A DNA stretch of 64,000 nt, from NCBI GenBank assembly GCA_002269645.1, contig NIVC01002150.1, forward strand, positions 136,150 to 200,149, read 5' to 3'. A model generated the notes under the pieces. It worked only from the letters and a program-made list of their open reading frames with translations. It was not told the origin of the DNA and did no database searches. Each line of letters starts with the position of its first letter. The first letter of the stretch is position 1. Of this stretch, positions 33,601 to 43,804 are shown piece by piece. The position numbers were made by a program, and so were the translations under genes. This stretch comes from Macrostomum lignano (Eukaryota).

Positions 33601-36600
33601 CTTTTTGGGACTTAACTAATCCTTTTTGGGACTTACCTAATCCTTTTTGCGACTTACCTAATCCTTTTTGCGACTTACCTAATCCTTTTTGGGACTTAAC
33701 TAATCCTTTTTGCGACTTACCTAACCCTTTTGCGACTTACCTGATTCCTGTTGCGACTTACCTGATCCTTTTTGCGACTTACCTGATCCTTTTTGCGACT
33801 TACCTGATTATTTTTACAACTTAGTTTGCTTCTTTTGCGAATTGTTTTTCTTTTGCTTCATTATTTTCCCTGAACTGCTCTTTCTTTCGCTTTCCTCTTG
33901 CCTTTCTTGGTTCTTGTGTTTTTGTGTTTTTGGTTGACTCAATTTTGCGACTTACCCCTGGTCAGCCACGATTTACGGTGGCCGAATCGGCCAGGTCGGC
34001 CAGCAGTTGCGCATGTATGATGTAATGTCAGCTGGCATAATATACAGAAATCAATAGGATTAATAACAGTGCCACTTTTCCATATTCCCTTGAAATGTAT
34101 AAGCAAAATTTAGCTTATTTAATTATATTATGTTTTAACTTTTTTCGTAGGTATTTTACACTGAAAAAATATTTTAGCGCCAGAACTAGATTTTAGCGCC
34201 TCAGTCTAGATTTTAGATAGGTTATAGGTATAGGTTAGATATATAGGTTAGGGTTAGAAAGTTGACAGATTTTTTTAGATTTCATGGCTTATGGGGAGCA
34301 TCGCTGAGATGTCAAGGGGGGAAGTTGATATGTTAAAGCTTGTGGGGGGGGAATAACTGACATGTCAAGGCTTACAAGGGACTGCTTTCAAAGCAGTATA
34401 TTAATGCAGAGATATTGCAAAGAGATGCTACATGTAGCTTATTACAAAACTTGTACTGCATTTTTTGGCTCCCCAACGCTAAGATACTAAGCTAAAAAAT
34501 ACTACTAGCGCTTCACAAACTTATGCAGATGTCAGGCTGTAGGGTTAGTGTTAGCGTTGGTGTTAGGGTATAGGGTTAGGGTTAGGGTTATAGCGTTAAG
34601 ATTCGGGTTAGTGCTAGGGTTAGGGTAGCTTATAACTTAGCTCATGTAGCTTATTAAAAATGTTTATCATAGAAGCGTCATGCAAAAATAATGGAAGCGT
34701 CATGTGAAAAATAATGGAAGAGTCATGCAAAAAATCATAGAAGCATCATGCAAAAACTCATGGACAAAAGATTAAATTTAGGGTTATGTTTAGGGTTAGG
34801 GTTAGGGCTATTAGAAGTTTTACAGGAGATTTTTTAAGATTTCAAGGCTACATGTAGCTTATTAAAAAACGTTTATTTCATTTCTTTAGCTCCCCAACGG
34901 GGGCGTAGATTGCTAGTGCTAGCTCTTAGCGCTACAGTCTAGATCTTAGCGCTACAGGCTAGATTTTAGCGCCATAGACTAGACTTTAGCCCCACAGGCT
35001 AGCTTTTTGTGTTTTTGCACCTAGGAGAGATCTTTATTCATTCCTAGGGGGTCTTTGACCACCTTGACCTCCCCTTGATAATCCCTCATTGAGGTTAATC
35101 CTTATTTGAGGGAGAGCAGTTGGGGAGGGAATTGAGAATTAAATATTCTCAATCAAGCCTGTTGTTAATTCTCAAACAACAACAGACAGCCGCAGTCTAA
35201 GCGAACCACAAAATCGGCGAGAGGCGGCGCATCAGCTTCGGCGAGAAAGTTCGCATCAACCGGTAGACGTCAGCGCGATGAAGCGGACAGCGACAGTGAG
35301 GACAGCGACGGCGAGGACGACGACAGTGAAGAAAGCGATAGCGACGGCGCACACAACGCCGATGAAGGCGATGCAGGCGAGGCCGTTGATGCCAGCGCCG
35401 AGCTGGCCAATCAGCTGTACACGGATGAGGGCGGCCCGCTCGGCCAGCTGGACGCCGAACAGCTGCGCTCGTTGATCGCCGAGAAGCGAACAGAAATTGA
35501 CGAAGAATTGGTGTCGGGCGTCGGCGGCGGCAGCGAGGCCGGTGCCAGCCGGGTCAGCAGCTGTTTGCCAGACTCGGTGCGGGAGCACTTCGAATCCTGC
35601 CGAGCTGTGCTCAGCCAGTACCGCAGCGGCAAGCTGCCCAAGCCTGTGAAACAGTTGCCGCATTTTTCTCAGTGGCAGGAACTGGTCGAACTGTTGGATC
35701 CAAACTCTTGGACTGCGGCGGCAATGTGTGCCGTTACTAAATACTTTGCCGCTAAAGGGAAGACGCAGGCTTTGCAATTCTTCCAGGTGAAAAATGAATA
35801 TTTTTCTTCGGATATATTGTACAAAGTCGTAGTGGCATTAGCTGTCTAATTGAATCGGTGTGCTTTTCTAATAGCAAGACAACGTTGACGGCAGGGAGAA
35901 GGGCGCAAAGACTGAAGAAAGAAAGGCGGGGGGAGACGAGAAAGGCAAGAGGAGGGAAGAGATATGTGAGAGGGAAGAGAATGGCGAGAGAAAAGAGAAA
36001 AGCGAGAGGGGGGAGAGAAAGGTGAGAATGAGAAGAGGAGGGCGAGGAAAAGTGAGAGGTGAAGAGAAAGGCGAGAAGGGGCGAAGAAAAGCGAGAGGAG
36101 GGCGAGGAAAAGGGAGGGTAGGGTGAGGAAAGGCGAGAGAAGGAGAGAAAGGTGACATGGGGCGAAGAAAGACGAGAAGAGAGTGAGGAAAGGCAATTGG
36201 AGGTAGAGAAATGCGAGTTGTGGCTGTAGCCGGGAAATGAGAAGTGACAGTATCAGATATGACAAACTGAGAAGAAAAATATAGAAAAGAATACAAAAGA
36301 TGTTTATCTTTTTACGTAGGGTAGCAGACTAGTCATTTTCACCATTGCTTTGTTAATATTAGTCTTATCGCACAGCCCCTGACCCTCTCGCGCAGGGCTA
36401 CTTGCTTCCCCGCTGTCGCGACGACATAGCCGAGTATAGGCGTCTTAACTTTCACTTGTACTCGGCGCTGCGCAAAGCACTGTTTAGGCAGCGGGAGTTT
36501 TTCTGCGGCTTACTGCTGCCCTGGGCTAGGGAGTCGATCTCCCTGCCGGAGGCTACGATCATTGGGGGCCTGTTGCGCCGGGTCAGCATCCCTGTAAAGT

Positions 36601-36968
36601 ACGCCGCCCCGGCCCTGCACATGCTGCTGCAGCTGCCGTACAGCGGCGGCCGGGCCATTCTAATCCGGGTGCTGCTGGAAAAGAAATATAACCTACCGGA
36701 TCCTGTGCTTGGCCAGGCTTTGGCTCATTTTGTTGCTATGGAAACAGATTCGGCCGATCACCTGAACGAGGACGGTCGGCTGCCGGTGCTTTGGCACCAG
36801 GCTCTGCTGGCGCTGGTTGAACGCTACGGCGACTACTTGAGCGGCGACGAGCGGCAGCGCCTGTTGCGGCTGTGCCGGCAGCACCAGCATCCGGAGATAA
36901 CGCCGGCTGTGCGACAGGCTCTCGGGGCGCTGCAACAGCGTGACGCCAGAATGGAGACTGCCGACTAG
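27671..36968 (+). CDS. BYSL: Bystin (Enp1), 40S biogenesis factor, 458 aa. Exons 27671-27805, 30590-30657, 35186-35786, 36396-36968
   Basis: Motifs SLADDI, YVDSKLSQKIL, VLSQYRSGKLPK, WTAAAM, LLPRCRDDIAEYRRLNFHLYSALRKALF, LLEKKYNLP, LPVLWHQALL, HQHPEITP. GT-AG junctions are phase-consistent (1377 nt). Confidence 0.96.
28485..29900 (-). mobile_element. Decayed hAT transposon with transposase remnant in bystin intron 1 (right boundary approximate)
   Basis: Minus-strand 28770-28950 reads IPPFQADDLTFLLEYKKAMAPVVRALDVFQGKQHCSLGTL/LPTI, matching the hAT FLxEY..ALDxxQGE..LLPT motif. Terminus CAATGATGGGCAC at 28485 with CGCTA/TAGCG subterminal repeats. Confidence 0.6.
31193..31257 (+). other. 28S rRNA-derived fragment, second copy
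   Basis: GGTAAACGGCAGGAGTAACTATGACTATATTTTTTAAAGCTAAATGCCTCGCCAGCTAATTAGTG; shares the GGCAGGAG variant with copy 1. Confidence 0.88.
32200..32465. mobile_element. Partial Charlie-like hAT MITE nested in the 2.9-kb element (left boundary approximate)
   Basis: End GTTTGCCAACCCCTG (32451-32465) followed by CTCCAGAG (NTCTAGAN-like). The reverse complement matches 46880-46930. AG-rich interior. Confidence 0.65.
32600..33830. repeat. ~20-21-bp minisatellite (TTTTGCGACTTACCTAATCC), roughly 55-60 units, inside the hAT element
   Basis: Direct reading; the core TGCGACTTA equals the subterminal motif of the hAT family. Confidence 0.95.
34160..35010. repeat. Internally duplicated repeat with interstitial TTAGGG-like tracts
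   Basis: TTAGGG-type runs at ~34220-34260, 34540-34626 and 34778-34808. Duplicated blocks GCTACATGTAGCTTATTA, GCTCCCCAACG and CTAGATTTTAGCGCC. Confidence 0.7.
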
Positions 36969-37914
36969 ACGTGGCGTTGCATGCTGCTACAGCTCGCTTG
37001 CTTGATTAAAATTGCGAGAATAAAAAAACACTAAATTTATTAAATTTTGCATATTTGGAAATCAGCTTTTGGTTTAAGTTGTTTTTTATTTCTAGTCGAG
37101 TGAGAGCTTAGCTGATTCGCCAACAGCAGTGCAAGTTAAGCAGTAGCAGTTTGAGCTGCAGTAGGCATACTAATCGCCTTTACAAGCTTGAAAATTAACA
37201 TTTTCGAACAAATACAGTAAACTTAACAAGTTGGCTGTCAACTTAAGCTCATAATGTGGAGCCCGGGTAACTTAATGTACACAAATGATACGTAGAAGTT
37301 GGATTTGCAAAAAGCTACAAAAATTCGACCTGGGATAGGAGAGAACAAGCAAGGGGACAATTAGGACTATTATGTAAACTTAAGCTCATAAGGTGAAGTC
37401 CCTAACTTAGCTTGGGAACGTTTAGATCTCAGTCTAGTCAAGGTCCCATCAGCATCGGCGTGTCTTATTGTGTGGCTCTGGTCTCTATAGGCCCTTCCAA
37501 CTGACGATTTTAGGATTTGACGTCAGTCTTTATAAAAGCAAAATGGTTATAAAAGGGTAAGAAAGGCATGGAATAATTACAGTGACAGGCAGGCAAAGCG
37601 CATTCCGATACGCCTTGTGCTCCGACTGTGACCCTGACACCGGGGCGTAATTAGGCTGAGTGGTATTGATGCTTCCCATTTATAATTACAGGTAGGCGGA
37701 GAAGCGGGACAGCGATTATTGTTTTGCCTACCTGCATCGTTTCGCGCCTAATTTGATGGAAAAGCATTGGTTCAATTTTCAAAGAGCTGCACGCAGTGCC
37801 TTTAATTTGTGTGTGCATTAGTTGACTCCCTCGGAAAATTGAGTTTGCTGAATCGGAAATTGTACCATTCGAAAACTGCCGCGCCTTCCAGTTTAAGAAG
37901 ACTCGCTTGAATTC

Positions 37915-39227
37915 CAATCGAGTGAGGACAGTCGCTTGAGTTCCAATTCAGTGAGGACAGTTGCTTGAGTTCCAATCAGCGAAGACAGTCGCTTGAGTTC
38001 CAATTCAGTGAAGACAGTCGCTTGAGTTCCAATTCAGTGAGGACAGTCGCTTGAGTTCCAATTCAGTGAGGACAGTTGCTTGAGTTCCAATCAGCGAAGA
38101 CAGTCGCTTGAGTTCCAATTCAGTGAAGACAGTCGCTTGAGTTCCAATTCAGTGAGGACAGTCGCTTGAGTTCTAATTCAGTGAGGACAGTTGCTTGAGT
38201 TCCAATTCAGTGAGGACAGTCGCTTGAGTTCCAATCAGTAAGGACAGTCGCTTGAGTTCCAATCAGTGAAGACAGTCGCTTGAGTTCCAATTCAGTGAGG
38301 ACAGTTGCTTGAGTTCCAATTCAGTGAGGACAGTTGCTTGAGTTCCAATTCAGTGAGGACAGTCGCTTGAGTTCCAATCAGTGAAGACAGTCGCTTGAGT
38401 TCCAATTCAGTGAAGACAGTTGCTTGAGTTCCAATTCAGTGAGGACAGTCGCTTGAGTTCCAATCAGTGAAGACAGTTGCTTGAGTTCCAATCAGTGAGG
38501 ACAGTTGCTTGATTTCCAATTCAGTGAAGACAGTCGCTTGAGTTCCAATTCAGTGAAGACAGTTGCTTGAGTTCCAATTCAGTGAGGACAGTCGCTTGAG
38601 TTCCAATTCAGTGAGGACAGTCGCTTGAGTTCCAATTCAGTGAGGACAGTTGCTTGAGTTCCAATTCAGTGAGGACAGTCGCTTGAGTTCCAATTCAGTG
38701 AGGACAGTCGCTTGAGTTCCAATTCAATGAGGACAGTCGCTTGAGTTCCAATTCAGTGAGGACAGTCGCTTGAGTTCCGATTCAGTGAGGACAGTCGCTT
38801 GAGTTCCAATCAGTGAAGACAGTTGCTTGAGTTCCAATTCAGTGAGGACAGTCGCTTGAGTTCCAATTCAGTGAGGACAGTCGCTTGAGTTCCAATTCAG
38901 TGAGGACAGTCGCTTGAGTTCCGATTCAGTGAGGACAGTCGCTTGAGTTCCAATCAGTGAAGACAGTTGCTTGAGTTCCAATTCAGTGAGGACAGTCGCT
39001 TGAGTTCCAATTCAGTGAGGACAGTCGCTTGAGTTCCAATTCAGTGAGGACAGTCGCTTGAGTTCCAATTCAGTGAGGACAGTTGCTTGAGTTCTAATCA
39101 GAGAAAACAGTCGCTTGAGTTCCAATTCAGTGAGGACAGTCGCTTGAGTTCCAATTCAGTGAGGACAGTCGCTTGAGTTCCAATTCAGTGAAGACAGTCG
39201 CTTGAGTTCCAATCAGCGAAGACAGTC
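37915..39227. repeat. 30-31-bp minisatellite (GACAGTCGCTTGAGTTCCAATTCAGTGAG), ~42 units
   Basis: Direct reading. Confidence 0.97.
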
Positions 39228-39561
39228 TACAAGACACACCTAGACCATCAGAAGCTGTCTATCTAGCATATGAGAGTTCCATAAATCAGAAATCGGTGTG
39301 TGCTTTCCTATGTGTCATTCTGTTCTGTGTTCTGGACTCGCTCTTATAATGTGCTGCTAGTACATGCACATGTACATTTGAGTATCTGCTACGAGTATAT
39401 GTGCTTATGTTAGCAAAACCTCATTCTGTCTAATTACAAAAGGATTGATAGCAAACCTGACTGGCAACGCGCTTACTGCTTTTGCTAGATGTATACTCAA
39501 CAACATTAGTATACACTTATTACTGAATATGATTGCGCAGTAAATTCTAATTGACTTTTGA

Positions 39562-40136
39562 GTGGCGCAACTTGCGGGGTCGCTTCATAAGCTCGAAATT
39601 TCACAACCTCAAAAATTTTAGCAGCAGACTTCATAAGCTCGAAATTTCACAACCTCGAAAACCATTTTAGCAGCCGACTTCACAAGCTCGAAATATCACA
39701 ACCTCGAAAACCATTTTAGCAGCCGACTTCACAAGCTCGAAATATCACAACCTCGAAAACCATTTTAGCAGCCGACTTCACAAGCTCGAAATTTCACAAC
39801 CTCGAAAACCATTTTAGCAGCCGACTTCACAAGCTCGAAGTTTCACAACCTCGAAAACCATTTTAGCAGCCGACTTCACAAGCTCGGGGTTTCACAACCT
39901 CGAAAACCATTTTAGCAGCCGACTTCACAAGCTCGAAATTTCATATCCTCGAAACTGGGTTAAGCTCAGACAGACAAACAGACAGACACTAAAGACACTA
40001 AGATAGACAGTAAATTTTCGAGCTTGTGAAATTTCGAGCTTGTGAAGTCGGCTGCTAAAATGGTTTTCGAGGTTGTGAAATTTCGAGCTTGTGAAATTTC
40101 GAGCTTGTGAAAGCAACCCGCAACAACTTGCGCCAC
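39562..40136. mobile_element. Foldback-type element with long TIRs built of 49-bp subrepeats
   Basis: Left GTGGCGCAACTTGCGGGGTCGCTTCATAAGCTCGAAATTTCAC; the right end reverse-complements to GTGGCGCAAGTTGTTGCGGGTTGCTTTCACAAGCTCGAAATTTCAC. About 7 forward units on the left and 1-2 inverted units on the right, with a CAGA-rich spacer. Confidence 0.75.
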
Positions 40137-40695
40137 GCAACGCAGAATTGGGCTGGGTGTTGAGGGATTGGGAAGAGCGGAAGGCAAAGATTAGATGGAT
40201 TGAATCTTCCGCCCGGTTTTCATTGTTTTTTCTAGCATTTTTTACTATCAATACGCTCGTAGTTGGCAAGGTGATAGACGCTGGCCGAAGACACTGCTCA
40301 CTGGGGCAAAGGGTGGCAAATTTTCAATGTTGCTGAGTATATCTAATTTAATGGGTTAGTTCTTGCTGCATTATTGAGATTAAAAATTTCCATAACCACC
40401 ATTTTGCATTCTTCATCACATCGAACCGCACAAATGAATAAATACATGTCTACATTCTACAATTGCCAAGCCTGCTAGTTGAATCTCGGTCAAGTCTGCA
40501 TGAATTTCTCCTCTGGAGGGTTTGGGTGGCAATAAGAGAACTCTCGCCCTACCTATAGTCTTAAGCAACATTGATTGCTTCAGCCAATCCGAGTAAGAAA
40601 AGAGCGGTGCGCATAGATGTTAAAAACGATAGGGCTGATCCTCTAAGTCTAGGATTGATGGAAAAAGTCAAGCACTCAGATTCCAAAACTGCGTA

Positions 40696-41533
40696 ATGGA
40701 GAAACCAATACCTATCGCTAAAAGTGGGACACACGACGATCTCAGCACAAGTGGGTGCCGGCAGCAGCAATGCAAACAGCATAACGTGCTCCATCAAGAC
40801 CAACAATATCCGCACCTGCTCTTACCGTGCGAGCAGGAGTCGAACGAGCAGCGGCAGGTGCAGACGCACAAGACTAAACACATGATGGCTAAGCGGAACG
40901 CCAGGGAGAGGCAGCGCGTCAAGGCTGTAAATTTGGCTTTTAGTAGACTTAGAAGGTAGGATCGATAGTACGGCAATCGTTCCGTGTATATTTATACGTG
41001 TTGCATGTTAGTGCTGATGCGAATATACAAATGTTTCAATGACAGTGCGTGTTTTGAGTGCATCTTATAGTGTGATAAAAGTTCTTGGCTGTAGCATCTC
41101 ATTTATGGTATTCTGATGACCGGCTTGAAAACTAGTTTAATGAAGTGAGACACACAAGTGTCACAAACGAAGGGACATTAAAGCACTGCATAATCAGACA
41201 CTACAAAAACGGGACCTGCATGCAGGGAATGGCATGAAAGGATCTGAAGGGACCTGCATGCAGGGAATGACATGAAAGGATTGGAAGGGAAATGCACAGT
41301 CCTCATGCTGAACCCGCAGGCACATCCCGTACGAGAACAAGGGAAAGCGGCTATCCAAGATGAAGACGCTGCGCATAGCCATAGACTACATCCGGCTGCT
41401 GCAGTCGGTGCTAGGCGAGCTGGACTCCGGTGTCAGCCCGGGCAGCAGTGCCAGCTACCGGGCGCTGCTGGCGCTGGCGCGGAGCAAAGAGGCGTCGCCC
41501 TGTTTTATTTGGCACGGCGGCGGCAACGTTTGA
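40696..41533 (+). CDS. Achaete-scute-like bHLH transcription factor, 157 aa. Exons 40696-40955, 41320-41533
   Basis: Spliced bHLH AKRNARERQRVKAVNLAFSRLRR|HIPYENKGKRLSKMKTLRIAIDYIRLLQSVL with a phase-2 GT-AG intron. The RNxRERxRVKxVN basic region is ASC-type; the subfamily is not resolved. Confidence 0.88.
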
Positions 41534-43619
41534 GAAAACGTATTTCAGGAGAACGTATTTTCAGTATTTCAGGAGAAATACTGAACCGTGTTAAAGCTTT
41601 TAACACTGCAGGTTGTAGTGTACAAATCATATAGTCATTGGCTTGAAATAGTAACAACAATCGTTATAATATGTACACGTATCTTTTTAACAGCACCGGT
41701 TTATTGAACGTTGAATGCATGAATAAATGTGCAGTGCATGAATGTACGCGCGGTTTAAAAATCAGCATAAACTGTGGCTGAATGAAACGGTAGCTCACAT
41801 GTAATTAAATTAACGTGTAGCTCGTAGTCTAACGGTAGGTTTTTTCGTCTTATGTTTATCCTATCAGTCAAGAGAAAACCCCCTACGGCCCTACGTGATC
41901 TGGGCTTGAATACTTACTCATTATTGTGTTCGGTCTTAATGATTCATAATGTTAAACCGGTTTCGAAAGTAAAATAAATGCCTATTTTATGGTCTTAGGC
42001 CCTTTAGACAGGTTGATTGTCGCTCTTGTGTTGGACCATCGCTTCTCCCCCAGAGTTCGGCGGTTTCTTCCGGTTGGTTGACTGACTTTCCAGGCCGCTG
42101 CACATTGCTGTTGCCCCGGGCCGGTGTGCGTGAGTCTTCTCTAATGTTCTTTAATGAGTTTTGGGCTGACTACGTTCATAGATGCTCTTTAAATATATCT
42201 TTTCTTCTATCCTCCAGAGGTCAAGCGTTGTTCCTGGTGGTAGCTAGTTAAGACCATCCAGCTCCAGCACATATGGACGCTGATTGCTCGGCCAGAGGCA
42301 TTTTGTCCTGTTGCGCAATGCCGTTTAAGTTGGTAGTTTAAATGCGAAGACAGATAGGCAATTCTGATTACTGTACTTATAGTGTGAAATAAAGTCAAGA
42401 CAGAACTTTATTGTGGCACAAAAGCACGAAAAACATTACAGGCTAAAGAACCTGCCTTATATTGAAACTATTTGTTATCGATCGACTGACTCACCGCAAC
42501 CCTCCAAACCGTGCTGCGCTAGCAAAGTACATGCAACGAGAGATAGTCACCAAAACAACTTAACCTAGCCCCCGCCCCCGGCGCGCACCCAGGCCAAGCT
42601 ATCACAGTGGCTCAGCTAAAAGCGCAAAACCAACGTATACTACTTATATAATTTTACCCAGAGACGATACGAGATTTGTTTGGGCCATTTATTAGTCTGC
42701 GTGAACATCAGGACTGGTGATTGCTAGTTTTCTTGTCCTTCCATTGTCACTAATATTTTCTGTACGCTTTTGCGTCGGCATGGTTCGCTCTTCTCTTCGA
42801 CGGAAAAGCTCCGTCGACTCCATAGCTGTCTTTAGAATTCACCATCTTCAGATATTTTCAAGAAAGTTTCTATATATTTTTCTGTCTTAATGTGGCAATA
42901 GTCACAGGTCTATAAGAGCATGTGTCTATAGTTTCTGCAGTGACATTGATTTGAATTCCCAATCTTGCGCGCGGCTCAACACATAGAGCCGCGTAGCCGT
43001 CTGCAGAAGCACAATTAGCTGCATTGTCTCCTCTCCACTCCCGTTCTGACCCCCTCTATAGCAGCGGGGTTACGAAAGTCCAGGACTTTTCAAGCTCTTC
43101 AAACTCAAAAAGCCATGGTTATGAAGCTTTCGTTGAAAAAAAACTAGCTATAGCTACCTACCATGAATAAATGAAACTTGATTTGAACGGACTCAACTCT
43201 GCTTTATCCTACGACGCCGCGACTGCTGACTGTCGCAGTGGAGAAAAATGAGCTTTCAAGCCCATTGTCTAATAGAAGATGCACCCCCCAGCCTCACAAT
43301 TATGGGCCTCTGGCGGCTGCAGGCTTTTTTGAAATTGTAGCTGAATACGAGTATATTGTCTTCTGGGTATTTTCCATCTTAATTTTCCATTTTAATTTTT
43401 TACCCTCAGCGTCTGAAGATGCTTTGACACACAATTCGCTAGACTTGCCTTGCATATTCAAAACTTTATTAGTTGACTACCTTCATTGTCATTCGAGGAA
43501 ACTTCTATAGTGCGGAAATTTCCAAATCACCCCATCCTGCAGCGGCACCCTTTAGCTGCCAGCTAAGTGTGTTAGTGCAGGCCGAGTTTCTTATTTTAAG
43601 CACCCATACAGTGGGCTAG

Positions 43620-43627
43620 TATTTAAA
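43620..43627 (+). promoter_or_regulatory. Putative TATA box of the lysozyme-like/VWA gene
   Basis: TATTTAAA ~30 nt upstream of TCAG at ~43653, followed by a 5'UTR intron at 43722-43788 (GTAAGT..TTTTTCAG). Confidence 0.45.
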
Positions 43628-43804
43628 AAGCCGACAGCCGCGCCCTGATGCTCAGCAGACAGCTTTCGCAAGCAGTAAAAATTGGTTGAAACTTCACTGT
43701 TTACCTCTGACAGACCAGACGGTAAGTATGCTAGATTATGAACTACAATATCAGGTCTCTAGATTTTACTCTTAAACTTGTTTTTCAGAAAGCAAATCTT
43801 CCCG

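Larger units (their letters stand above)
31098..34019. mobile_element. 2922-bp non-autonomous hAT element (same family as 5116-5412) in bystin intron 2
   Basis: TIRs CATACATGCGCAAC (31098-31111) and GTTGCGCATGTATG (34006-34019). Perfect 8-bp TSD ATGTAATG at 31090-31097 and 34020-34027. Confidence 0.92.

Noticed and set aside
34540-34810. Functional link between the TTAGGG tracts and the STN1 gene
   Set aside because: About 12 kb apart with unrelated genes between; no mechanism
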